DNA of 53,703 bases from a virus (lineage: Duplodnaviria > Caudoviricetes). The position numbers and the translations under genes are program-made. Positions 9,429 to 18,080 of the stretch are shown one piece after another. The stretch spans positions 1 to 53,703 of the IMG/VR virus record IMGVR_UViG_3300036719_001675; one strand, given 5' to 3'. Under the pieces are notes generated by a model. It was not told the DNA's origin. It did no database searches and saw nothing but the letters and a program-made list of their open reading frames with translations. Every line of letters begins with the position of its first letter. The stretch's first letter is position 1.

Positions 9429-9932
9429 ATGGAAAACAACTTAGACAATTCAAAACTTAGACCAACCAAATACCGTGTAACTGCAAGCGCCTCATTTGAT
9501 GTTCATGCAGACAGTTACGCTGAAGCACTACGGGAAATTGACAAACTTGAAAATCTTGAATCACACCTCTCATGGGCAGGGCAGTCGCTTTGGGACTTCC
9601 AAACCGAAGATGAAGAATTCGGTTGGTCTCCAATCAACGAACCGAAGCCCGAACCAATTTTGTGTGATGTTGTCACTGTCACGATTGAAGTTCAAGTGCC
9701 TCGGGGCGTGTACTTCCCCGAACCATTCCAGTTAGAAGAATCCGAAAAGAGTTCAGTAGTAGAACAACTTGGCGAACTTGACGCACACAATGCCGAAATT
9801 GAATGGCAAGTTTTATCTCTTGCAAAGCAATCGCTTGAAAACATCGGGCTAAGTGTTGACCGTGCTCACGCTTCATCACTTGGCACAAAATTTACCAACC
9901 CAAACAACACAACAAAAGGAGAAGCAAAATGA
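9429..9932 (+). CDS. Hypothetical acidic protein
   Basis: SD AAAGGA then ATG 9429, within listed ORF 9363..9932. Confidence 0.75.
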   Translation: MENNLDNSKLRPTKYRVTASASFDVHADSYAEALREIDKLENLESHLSWAGQSLWDFQTEDEEFGWSPINEPKPEPILCDVVTVTIEVQVPRGVYFPEPFQLEESEKSSVVEQLGELDAHNAEIEWQVLSLAKQSLENIGLSVDRAHASSLGTKFTNPNNTTKGEAK

Positions 9933-10354
9933 AAAGGTACGAAAGAATCCTAAGTTCATTAGCCATAGGAATAGGAGTTGCTGGCTTGTTCTATTACGGG
10001 AACGGCAACTTACTTAATCCCGATTACTGTGAAGCAGAACGATGTGACGATAAAAGTCTCTGGCTTATTTTGGTCATCTTTGTCGCTACAACTTTAGTCG
10101 TATTGCGAATCACCAAAAAAATTACTGACCGTATGAACAACTCAATGACTTACGATCAGGTTTGCAATTGCACCACCTATAACGAAGAGGTTGGCGAATG
10201 GGAACAAGCGCCCGAATGTTATGGCGATTGCGATGACGACTTTGACCAATACGCCGACCTCATGCAGTGCGAAGGTTGTGGCACAGACAAGTTTAGAACA
10301 TTCACACTAAACGGACTCTGCAACGATTGCTACATGGAATTAGAAGATGAATAG
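9929..10354 (+). CDS. Hypothetical membrane protein with Cys-rich C-terminus
   Basis: Two hydrophobic segments; CxxC pairs; AAAGGAG SD. Confidence 0.7.
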   Translation: MKRYERILSSLAIGIGVAGLFYYGNGNLLNPDYCEAERCDDKSLWLILVIFVATTLVVLRITKKITDRMNNSMTYDQVCNCTTYNEEVGEWEQAPECYGDCDDDFDQYADLMQCEGCGTDKFRTFTLNGLCNDCYMELEDE

Positions 10355-10544
10355 TAATTGGAAATTCAACAAGCCAATAGGACTTACACAGATTCAGCAA
10401 GAGACTGTGGGAATGGACTTAGTGCAATTATTCAAATGGCTAGAAATGGGTGACAGTGAAGAGACAATCGCTGTCGCCCATTGGTGGCTTAATGTTTTAT
10501 TGTCAGGAAATGTAAACCTCATAAACGCAATTGCTTGCGGATAA
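10347..10544 (+). CDS. Hypothetical protein
   Basis: Overlapping ORF in the operon. Confidence 0.6.
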   Translation: MNSNWKFNKPIGLTQIQQETVGMDLVQLFKWLEMGDSEETIAVAHWWLNVLLSGNVNLINAIACG

Positions 10545-10560
10545 CGAAAGGGAATATCTA

Positions 10561-10707
10561 ATGGGTCGCTCAGACTTTGCTAACACTTTGTATGTACAAT
10601 GTTTAAGTTATGTAGTTTTAATTGCATACCCTGCATGGCTCTTATCTAAAGCGTTCAAATTTTTCAAAAAATATAAGTCAATCAAAACCAACCCAAAGGA
10701 GAAATAA
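10561..10707 (+). CDS. Small hydrophobic protein (48 aa, not in the ORF track)
   Basis: GAAAGGGA SD; MGRSDFANTLYVQCLSYVVLIAYPAWLL...; fills the gap. Confidence 0.5.
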   Translation: MGRSDFANTLYVQCLSYVVLIAYPAWLLSKAFKFFKKYKSIKTNPKEK

Positions 10708-10709
10708 AA

Positions 10710-11219
10710 ATGAAAACTATCAAAGGTAAATATTGGAAGTATCAAGGTGAAGAGTATGAACTTAAATTAGTTTTTAATCTTAACGACGCACTAATTACTA
10801 GCACCCCCACTTTTCTTCCTCACGAAAATAAATTTGATTATAACAATCCAAGTGCTCTAATTTATATTGAACAACATGACGCTATAGCAAAATTTCATGG
10901 TGCTCAAGCAGACCTTCCGCATAATCATTCACATGGTTGGGTGTTCTCTACACCTGAACAGTATCAAGGTTCTGTAGTACACCCTAACAAGAAGCCAATT
11001 TACTTACGCCTCTCTGTTGAATATAAGGACTTATGCATAAGGTATGAAGAAATTAACTCCTGCCAAGTCTGTAACAAGTCAGTAGGGTCAGAATTGATGT
11101 TTCAACATTCAAATAAGTGGCATTGCTTTGACTGCTCAATGGGCTTTAACGAAAGTTACATTGAAGCGGTTGATTCAGGTTATGTTGAAAATTACATACC
11201 AGACGAAGAGCCGTACTGA
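10710..11219 (+). CDS. Hypothetical protein with C-terminal zinc-finger-like motif
   Basis: CQVC...HCFDC; preceded by AACCAACCCAAAGGAG. Confidence 0.7.
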   Translation: MKTIKGKYWKYQGEEYELKLVFNLNDALITSTPTFLPHENKFDYNNPSALIYIEQHDAIAKFHGAQADLPHNHSHGWVFSTPEQYQGSVVHPNKKPIYLRLSVEYKDLCIRYEEINSCQVCNKSVGSELMFQHSNKWHCFDCSMGFNESYIEAVDSGYVENYIPDEEPY

Positions 11220-11398
11220 TGAACAGGGCAACATTAAGGTTCGTCTTAGCACTCTGTGACATTCCACTTGACCGAATGGACTTAAGCGATGACAATAATC
11301 TGCGATGGGTTCAGAGAAATATCCGATTCAACAACGACGGGGAAAAGGTTGACATTGCCCTGTCTCTAATTGAAAAGATTCTTGCTGGCGAAGAATAG
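11219..11398 (+). CDS. Hypothetical protein (59 aa, not in the ORF track)
   Basis: TGATG coupling; MNRATLRFVLALCDIPLDRM...AGEE*. Confidence 0.55.
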   Translation: MNRATLRFVLALCDIPLDRMDLSDDNNLRWVQRNIRFNNDGEKVDIALSLIEKILAGEE

Positions 11399-11419
11399 AA
11401 CTTAGCAAGAAACCAAAAG

Positions 11420-11450
11420 AGCCTCGCACCGCAAAGTGCGGGGTTTTTTT
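11420..11450 (+). terminator. Intrinsic terminator ending the early operon
   Basis: GCCTCGCAC-loop-GTGCGGGGT followed by a T-tract. Confidence 0.8.
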
Positions 11451-11547
11451 GAGACCAAAAATAAATTGTATCCAATACACGGCAATGAATAAATTGCTGA
11501 TATAGTCATTAATGCAAACCAACCCCACTACGCCATAGGAGGCAACA

Positions 11548-12546
11548 GTGAAACTTAATGCAAAGAAGATGGGAACAATGAAAGCGCTAAAGGACTCGCT
11601 CAAAAAGGGCGGTTCAGGCGGTTCTATGAACTACATCAAAAATGTCCCTGCCGATGGAATTACAGTACGATTCCTTACTGAACCTGAAGAGTGGTTCGGT
11701 TACATGGAATACTGGGATTCAGACGCTAAGACATTCGTGCCAATGACAGAAGGAGAAATCCTGCCCGATGGTGCAAAGCCGTCATTCCGATACTTGGCAA
11801 ATGCAGTTGATGTTGAGACAGATCGGGTCATTCCGCTTAAGTTGTCTAAGACAGCAGCCAACAGTCTCATTTTGAAGTACGACAAGTACGACACGATTGT
11901 TGATCGCCCGTATGAGTTGCAGAAGCATGGCGAAGGTCTTGATACGACTTACGATGTCACGCCTGACGCACCCTCAAAGATGAACATGGCTAAGTACGAA
12001 CCGCTTGACCTAGAACTAATCCTGATTGCGGCAAGAGCACAAGCAACTGGCGAAACTATTGATTCAACAGTGAACGAAAAGCCTGCAAAGTCTAAAGAAA
12101 AATCAGCACCAGTTGCGGAAGATGAAAGTCTCAGCACACCTGATTGGGATTATGGCGACTTCACATACGAAGAGTTGTTCCCTGACGATCAGATTCGCAT
12201 TGATTATGTCAAGCAGGAACTAGAAGTCATGTCTCCTGACGACCAATCTGTCATTGCAGAATTTTGGGAAAAAGAATTAGGCGAACTTCTAGAAGATGGT
12301 TTCTCTTCAGCGATCCTTGAACTACAGCGTGAAAATGCACAAGTTTCAGACGAAGACGAAGACGAAGAAGAAGAAGAGTCTGATGACGACGATGATGACG
12401 ACGAAGAAACAGAAATTAGCGAAGAAGAATTAAACGCTATGCCAATCTCTGCCATTCGTTCAATTGCGAAAAGCCTTGATGTTGAAACAAAAGGACTTTC
12501 AAAAGAAGACCTCATTGAAGCAATCATTGACGCTTCCGAAGCATAA
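11548..12546 (+). CDS. Single-stranded DNA-binding protein (phage type) with acidic tract and C-terminal Rho-N/HeH-like module
   Basis: ITVRFLTEPEEWFGY..., GEGLDTTYDVTP; tail EEELNAMPISAIRSIAKSLDVETKGLSKEDLIEAI; replication context. Confidence 0.65.
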   Translation: MKLNAKKMGTMKALKDSLKKGGSGGSMNYIKNVPADGITVRFLTEPEEWFGYMEYWDSDAKTFVPMTEGEILPDGAKPSFRYLANAVDVETDRVIPLKLSKTAANSLILKYDKYDTIVDRPYELQKHGEGLDTTYDVTPDAPSKMNMAKYEPLDLELILIAARAQATGETIDSTVNEKPAKSKEKSAPVAEDESLSTPDWDYGDFTYEELFPDDQIRIDYVKQELEVMSPDDQSVIAEFWEKELGELLEDGFSSAILELQRENAQVSDEDEDEEEEESDDDDDDDEETEISEEELNAMPISAIRSIAKSLDVETKGLSKEDLIEAIIDASEA

Positions 12547-12564
12547 CAAATGAATACCGTAAAT

Positions 12565-12645
12565 GCAGTGGCACTGTGGGAGTTATCACCATCAGTGCCA
12601 CTGCCACTTTACTTTTTATCCAACCCACAACAGGAAGAGAAAACA
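12565..12645 (+). promoter_or_regulatory. Hairpin + CCAACCC + SD cassette
   Basis: Stem GCAGTGGCACTG/CAGTGCCACTGC, then CCAACCCACAACAGGAAG before ATG 12646. Confidence 0.6.
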
Positions 12646-13071
12646 ATGCCTACCGAATCATTCTTAGAAAAAGAAAATCTTGTAAAACGAATTTCAGCCC
12701 TCAAAGTAGAAGTTTCTGAAAGGGAAGAATTGCGAAAGCAACTTGAAGAAAAACTAATCAAGTTGCTAGAAGCAGACCTATACCCACTTAGCGAATCGTT
12801 TATGTTGCAGGAGAAATACGATGAAGAAGTTTTCATTACTAAAGTAACTGTAGTTCGCCCTACTTCAATTGACATTGATGAAGAGGGATTGAAGAACGAA
12901 CTTAAGCCAAGTCAATGGAAGGCGATCACCACACTATCACTAGACAAAAAGAAACTAGAAGACAATGTGGCAAGAGGCAAGATTGACATTGATATCGTGG
13001 CTAAGAATTCAACAGAAAAACCAAAGAAGCCATACCTGAAAATTACCCACTCAAAGAAAGCACTAGATTGA
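12646..13071 (+). CDS. Hypothetical protein (coiled-coil N-terminus)
   Basis: SD-led start inside listed ORF 12550..13071. Confidence 0.7.
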   Translation: MPTESFLEKENLVKRISALKVEVSEREELRKQLEEKLIKLLEADLYPLSESFMLQEKYDEEVFITKVTVVRPTSIDIDEEGLKNELKPSQWKAITTLSLDKKKLEDNVARGKIDIDIVAKNSTEKPKKPYLKITHSKKALD

Positions 13072-13099
13072 CACCCAGTGCTTACCGTACAATGGGGTT

Positions 13100-13213
13100 A
13101 TGAGTAGATCGTATTGCGAAATTTGCAGACAAGTTGATGACACAGGGCTAGGAATTTGCTCTGATTGTGCCGACGAATCTGAACTGGCAAATGAAGATCA
13201 TTTAAGCGATTAA
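13100..13213 (+). CDS. Small zinc-finger protein (37 aa, leaderless, not in the ORF track)
   Basis: TACAAT 6 nt upstream of ATG; CEIC...CSDC. Confidence 0.5.
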   Translation: MSRSYCEICRQVDDTGLGICSDCADESELANEDHLSD

Positions 13214-13288
13214 TCCATGTAAGTAAGCATTGGTGCTGTTACTCTATTTATTAATCCCCACCAATGGGGCAATCAACTAGGAGTAAAT

Positions 13289-13627
13289 ATGAAAAAGCAC
13301 AAGATTAAAAACCCATTCCACCCGTCGCGTGAACCCAAGCGTTTTGATATTGCAGAACTCTTGTTGTCTGGCGAAACAGTTTCATGGAATGACATTATTG
13401 AAAAGGTAGGAAACTTTAGCCCTCGTTCAATGGGATATGTTCTGCGTGGTCTTGAAGATCAAGAAGCAACTATCCTACGATTAAGGGATAATGAACACGG
13501 AACACTCTACCGCTTTGACCCTGAATGTGAATACGACGAAAGATACCGTCTAAGTAAGTCTGACGGTTCTGACTCTAAGAGACAGCGTGGTATTAAAGAT
13601 GACAAGGAAAACAAGGAAGAGGGCTAA
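13289..13627 (+). CDS. Hypothetical protein, possible winged-helix DNA binder
   Basis: AGGAG SD; helix pattern IAELLLSG..VSWNDIIEKV..SPRSMGYVLRGL followed by a beta hairpin. Confidence 0.6.
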   Translation: MKKHKIKNPFHPSREPKRFDIAELLLSGETVSWNDIIEKVGNFSPRSMGYVLRGLEDQEATILRLRDNEHGTLYRFDPECEYDERYRLSKSDGSDSKRQRGIKDDKENKEEG

Positions 13628-13889
13628 AGAAAGACCTATCTTTTGTGGTAAGTGTGGAAGAATCACCTACCCCTCTTCAAACGATTACGAATGGTGGCTA
13701 GTGGGCATTGGTAGTGGCAGTCATGTCACCCGATGCCCACAACACATTACGGAATGGACTCTAAGAACTTCAGGGAAGGGAAGAACAATGAAAACCTACA
13801 AATGGTCACGATTAGCCAAAGAGAATGACACTTACGATCCACGAACAATTTTCTTTGAACCTTTTTTCTCTGCCGACGACTTTCAATAA
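13599..13889 (+). CDS. Hypothetical zinc-binding protein
   Basis: CGKC...RCPQH. Confidence 0.6.
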   Translation: MTRKTRKRAKERPIFCGKCGRITYPSSNDYEWWLVGIGSGSHVTRCPQHITEWTLRTSGKGRTMKTYKWSRLAKENDTYDPRTIFFEPFFSADDFQ

Positions 13890-13942
13890 AACTGTGATAT
13901 GATTATCAATAACAACCAATAGCAAGACCCAAGGGAGGGTTT

Positions 13943-16603
13943 ATGTTTTTCCATACCCATGTTCATTCAGAATTTTCCTGCCTAGACGGAATGGCAGATG
14001 TGCCTACTCTTGTCGCAAAAGCGTCAAGTATGGGGCAGGGCGGTATCGCACTAACAGATCACGGCAATATGAGTGGTGTGTTTCAATTGTACAAGTCGGC
14101 AATTCAGCACGACATAAAACCATTCACTGGACTAGAGGCTTACATCGTTGAAGATATCTTTGACAAAAAAGCCAAGCGCAACCATCTGACTCTTATCGCA
14201 TATACAACTGACGGATATCAGAATCTAATCAGGCTTTCATCACTGTCTCATCAGCGTGACCATTACTATTACAAGCCATTAATAGACTTTTCTGACTTAG
14301 CCAACTTACATTCGCAAGGTCTGCTTAAAGGTATCGCTTGCCTCACTGGTTGTTACTTCGGCATGGTATGTCAAGCCATAGTCAATTCAGCAGATGAAGA
14401 AAAGGGTATGCAGAAGGCGCAGAGAATTGTCAAGACACTGCAAACGATGTTTGACTTAGTGTATGTAGAAATTCAGCACCACAAGACACAGCATGAGATT
14501 TGGAATGACGACAGATTAGTTACCGCATTGCACAAGTTGTCAATTGATACCTCATGCCCACCTATCATCACAAACGATTGCCACTACTGCGATAAGAACG
14601 ACAAAGAACTACACGACATGATGAAGATGATCGCTTACTCCAGCGAATCTTCCGAAGTGTCATTCCCAGGCGACTCTTACCATTTGGCTTCTACGCAATG
14701 GGTCAAGAATCATTACCGAAACCACCCACAAGTTTGGCAAGACGCACAGGCTTCATATCAAGAACTCTTAGACAAAAACACTTTACGAATTCCACCGCTA
14801 GACAAATACAAGTATTTCGTGCCGAAGATTGTGAGTAGCCCAAACAAGGTTCTTGAAGAACACTGTAAAAACGCAATGATAGAAAAAGGATTAGGGCAGG
14901 AGTATCAAGACAGACTTTCCTACGAACTTAAAGTAGTGAAAGACCTAGGAATGTCAGATTATTTTCTACTCGTATTTGATTATGTGGGTTGGTGCAATAA
15001 AAACGACATTTTGGTTATCGCTAGGGGTTCTGCCGCTGGCTCACTCATATGTTGGCTTCTAGGTTTCACGCAAGTTGACCCATTGAAGTGGAATCTCACA
15101 TTTGACAGATTCTTAACGCCTGATCGTATTCGCCCACCTGATATTGACTTAGACATTGAAGACACAAGGCGTGGTGATGTTATTGAGTATCTTCAAGGTA
15201 GGTACGAAATTAATCAGATCGGAACATACAACCGATTATCGTATGATGAAGAGACAGGTCGTGGTGGTCTGTTCGTTCAGTACATCAGCGCCAAGCGAAA
15301 GATACTAGGCGATAGATTCCCGAAAGAATTGGGAAGAGTAAAGACACTGCATGACTTAGACTTAGTTAATCCTGACGACGCTAACAGGCTACGGTTGCTA
15401 GGAGATGTTCCGTTACGGCGTTCTGCTGGCGCACACGCGGCAGGGTTCGTTGTCTCTGCACCACCTGAACATTCTATTAGCGATTGGTTGCCTACTATGC
15501 TGATTCCGTCTTCAGATACAACGGTTACGCAAATGCTCATGGACGATGTAGAAGACGCTGGCTATATCAAGATTGACTTACTAGGTCTACGGTCTCTTAC
15601 AACACTTCATAGGTGCTTAGACATGATCGGCAAGGATAAAAGTTTCTTGAACGAAATACCCCTAGACGACTTAGCGACATTTGAATTCTTGCGTAAAGGT
15701 CTGAAAGAAACAGGCGTGTTTCAACTAGAGGGTTACACAGCGGCAAAAGGTTGTCGGGAAGTCAAAGTCAAATCTGTCAACGATCTCATTCTTGTCAATG
15801 CACTTTACAGACCTGCCACTATCAATAGCGGTTACACGACACAGTTCCTCACTAACAGAAAAGCGCCCACAAAGATTCACTATCCACACCCAATAATCAA
15901 GAAGCATTTGCATGAGACTTTCGGTGTACCTGCTTATCAAGAACAAGTGTTGGCGATTCTTCGTGACTTAGGTATGCCAGTGGCAGAAATGAATGACTTC
16001 CTCAAAGCAGTCAAGGGTAAACACGCAAAGGCTGGATACTCTGACGCTTCTACAGCGGTATTTGACGACAACTATGACCGATTCACTGCCCTATGTTCTA
16101 AAGTAGGAATGAATCAGCAGGCGATAGATGAGTCATGGCAACTTGTAGAAGGTTTCGCCGCTTATGGATTCAATCGTGCTCATGCAACTGCATATTCGCT
16201 TCTTGGGTATCAACTTGCGTATCTGAAGATCAACCACCCATTAGAGTTTCATTCTGCATTGCTAGAAACTACGGGCGGTACGAAAGAAGAACAGTACATA
16301 GTAGAAACAAGAAGAATGGGAGTGCGTATTCTTCCTGCTTGTGTCAATTCATCATCGGTTTCATGGGGCATAGATAGAAAACGAAATGCCATTAGGCGTG
16401 GTCTCACATCTATCAAGGGTGTAGGGTTAAAAGCCGCGCAAGTAATTGCAGAAAATGCACCGTATGATTCAATAGAACATCTCATAGCGACTTGCCCTGC
16501 ACAACCAGTTACTGGCGGTAAGCAATGGGCAAAAGAACGAACGCTTACAGGCGTACTCCATGCACTGCACAATGCTGGGGCGCTTAGGGAACTAGGAATC
16601 TAA
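13943..16603 (+). CDS. dnaE: DNA polymerase III alpha subunit (short form lacking the OB/C-terminal domains)
   Basis: PHP motifs HTHVHSEFS, TDHG, TNDCHY; RGSAAGS; PDIDLD; KIDLLGL; YGFNRAH; HhH. Confidence 0.97.
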   Translation: MFFHTHVHSEFSCLDGMADVPTLVAKASSMGQGGIALTDHGNMSGVFQLYKSAIQHDIKPFTGLEAYIVEDIFDKKAKRNHLTLIAYTTDGYQNLIRLSSLSHQRDHYYYKPLIDFSDLANLHSQGLLKGIACLTGCYFGMVCQAIVNSADEEKGMQKAQRIVKTLQTMFDLVYVEIQHHKTQHEIWNDDRLVTALHKLSIDTSCPPIITNDCHYCDKNDKELHDMMKMIAYSSESSEVSFPGDSYHLASTQWVKNHYRNHPQVWQDAQASYQELLDKNTLRIPPLDKYKYFVPKIVSSPNKVLEEHCKNAMIEKGLGQEYQDRLSYELKVVKDLGMSDYFLLVFDYVGWCNKNDILVIARGSAAGSLICWLLGFTQVDPLKWNLTFDRFLTPDRIRPPDIDLDIEDTRRGDVIEYLQGRYEINQIGTYNRLSYDEETGRGGLFVQYISAKRKILGDRFPKELGRVKTLHDLDLVNPDDANRLRLLGDVPLRRSAGAHAAGFVVSAPPEHSISDWLPTMLIPSSDTTVTQMLMDDVEDAGYIKIDLLGLRSLTTLHRCLDMIGKDKSFLNEIPLDDLATFEFLRKGLKETGVFQLEGYTAAKGCREVKVKSVNDLILVNALYRPATINSGYTTQFLTNRKAPTKIHYPHPIIKKHLHETFGVPAYQEQVLAILRDLGMPVAEMNDFLKAVKGKHAKAGYSDASTAVFDDNYDRFTALCSKVGMNQQAIDESWQLVEGFAAYGFNRAHATAYSLLGYQLAYLKINHPLEFHSALLETTGGTKEEQYIVETRRMGVRILPACVNSSSVSWGIDRKRNAIRRGLTSIKGVGLKAAQVIAENAPYDSIEHLIATCPAQPVTGGKQWAKERTLTGVLHALHNAGALRELGI

Positions 16604-16636
16604 GTAAAATCACCACAAAACACAAGGAGAAAAACA

Positions 16637-16885
16637 ATGTCAGAACAATTGCAATTATTCCCAATAGAAGAAATAGAAAATGAAGTAAGAGAATTGGCAA
16701 TAGACACTATTAAATATGCCACTGCCACACTTGCCGATGTAGCACAAGTAATAAGAGAAATAAAAGCAGAAAATGAAAAATTAGCCAGTTACATTACTTT
16801 TCTCTTAAAAACATACGACTTGGCTAGTGATGAATCAATTTATTGCTTCCCTGACGGAACGATGTGGTCTCTCGGATATGAGTGA
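16637..16885 (+). CDS. Hypothetical protein
   Basis: AAGGAG SD; QLQLF near the N-terminus resembles a beta-clamp-binding motif. Confidence 0.7.
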   Translation: MSEQLQLFPIEEIENEVRELAIDTIKYATATLADVAQVIREIKAENEKLASYITFLLKTYDLASDESIYCFPDGTMWSLGYE

Positions 16886-16979
16886 CCTGACTTTTCTTTT
16901 GGCATGGTGTACAATGTCTTATCTTATTGTAAAGACTGTGGTCTCTTTGATTGACCGCAAGAAAGGGCATAAAAAATAG
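16878..16979 (+). CDS. Small single-TM protein (33 aa, not in the ORF track)
   Basis: Overlapping start; hydrophobic helix followed by a basic tail. Confidence 0.4.
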   Translation: MSDLTFLLAWCTMSYLIVKTVVSLIDRKKGHKK

Positions 16980-17024
16980 GGAAACCTTAACCATTATCCG
17001 ACAACTACCAAGGAGAAAAACGCT

Positions 17025-17567
17025 ATGCGTATTACTACTACTTTGACAGTTGCCTTTGCTTCAATGCTTATGGCAGTTGGTTGTGGAACTCAAGCAGAAC
17101 AAGGAACTGCTACACCCACAACAATTACCACTACAACAATCAACACGGTGGAAGTAACATCACCACCCTCAACTACAACAACTACAACGCCAGTTACTAC
17201 AACTGCCGTGACACTCCCTGAAGGATTCTATATGCCTTCACTTGACCCTGATGTGCCGTGTCAAGAATGGACTCAAACTGCGCTAGACGCTGGTTGGCAT
17301 TGGGAATTATTGCCTGAACTTCTTCGTGAAGTATGGAGTGAATCTAGATGCCAAAATGTAATCCCTGGTCACCCTCAATGGAATGGTCACGATCACGGAC
17401 CGCTTCAAATTAATCAAGTTTGGTCTAATGAAGTGGAAGACTTCTTCGGAGACTGGTCAATGATTAATACGCCTAGTGTGAATTTTGCATGGGCGTGGGA
17501 AATGTTTAAGTGGCATGAGCATCATCAAGGTTGCGGTTTTAAGCCTTGGTCACGCAAATGCAAATAA
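17025..17567 (+). CDS. Lipoprotein with Thr-rich linker and lytic transglycosylase (SLT-like) domain
   Basis: Lipobox AVGC; ESRC (catalytic Glu), GPLQIN, NFAWA. Confidence 0.75.
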   Translation: MRITTTLTVAFASMLMAVGCGTQAEQGTATPTTITTTTINTVEVTSPPSTTTTTTPVTTTAVTLPEGFYMPSLDPDVPCQEWTQTALDAGWHWELLPELLREVWSESRCQNVIPGHPQWNGHDHGPLQINQVWSNEVEDFFGDWSMINTPSVNFAWAWEMFKWHEHHQGCGFKPWSRKCK

Positions 17568-17612
17568 GCCTGCTATAGTTAACTAAATCACCACTATCCC
17601 TTGGGAGGAACA

Positions 17613-18080
17613 ATGGGAAGCGAAGTAGATTATTCAATAGAAGAAATTGACGAAGGGAAATGGAGAGAAAGCGCTAACTGCAAAGATAGAAGCGTTGATC
17701 TTTTTTTCACAGATGGGGCAGGCGATAGCAGTAGGTATTTGTCTGCAAAAACACTCTGCTTCAATTGCCCCGTTCAAAAGCAATGCTTAGATTATGCCGT
17801 TACAAACAGTATCGTCTATGGCTTGTGGGGAGGTATGCCTTATCGTGAACGATTGCAATACCGTGCTGGTAAGCGATCACATAAGTTAGAACTGAAAGAT
17901 GTTCTAAGAGGCTATAGTAACGCCAACGATAAGACGCTTACTAAGTTGTCAGAAACGCTAGGGATCAGCAAAGACAACATTAAGTACGCTCTTGGCATTG
18001 ATAAGAAATCAATGGCTAGGCGTGTACGACGACAAAGAGATCAACTACGATTGAAAGCAGGGAATTCAAATGACCAGTAA
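17613..18080 (+). CDS. whiB: WhiB-family transcription factor with C-terminal HTH-like extension
   Basis: ANC...LCFNCPVQKQC...YGLWGG; GGAGG SD. Confidence 0.93.
   Translation: MGSEVDYSIEEIDEGKWRESANCKDRSVDLFFTDGAGDSSRYLSAKTLCFNCPVQKQCLDYAVTNSIVYGLWGGMPYRERLQYRAGKRSHKLELKDVLRGYSNANDKTLTKLSETLGISKDNIKYALGIDKKSMARRVRRQRDQLRLKAGNSNDQ

Noticed and set aside
11328-11603. 91-aa hydrophobic minus-strand ORF
   Set aside because: Spans a plus-strand terminator and overlaps two plus-strand genes; no supporting signals
13943-16603. Intein or intron in dnaE, recA, helicase or terL
   Set aside because: Lengths are normal or short and no splicing or homing-endonuclease motifs were seen
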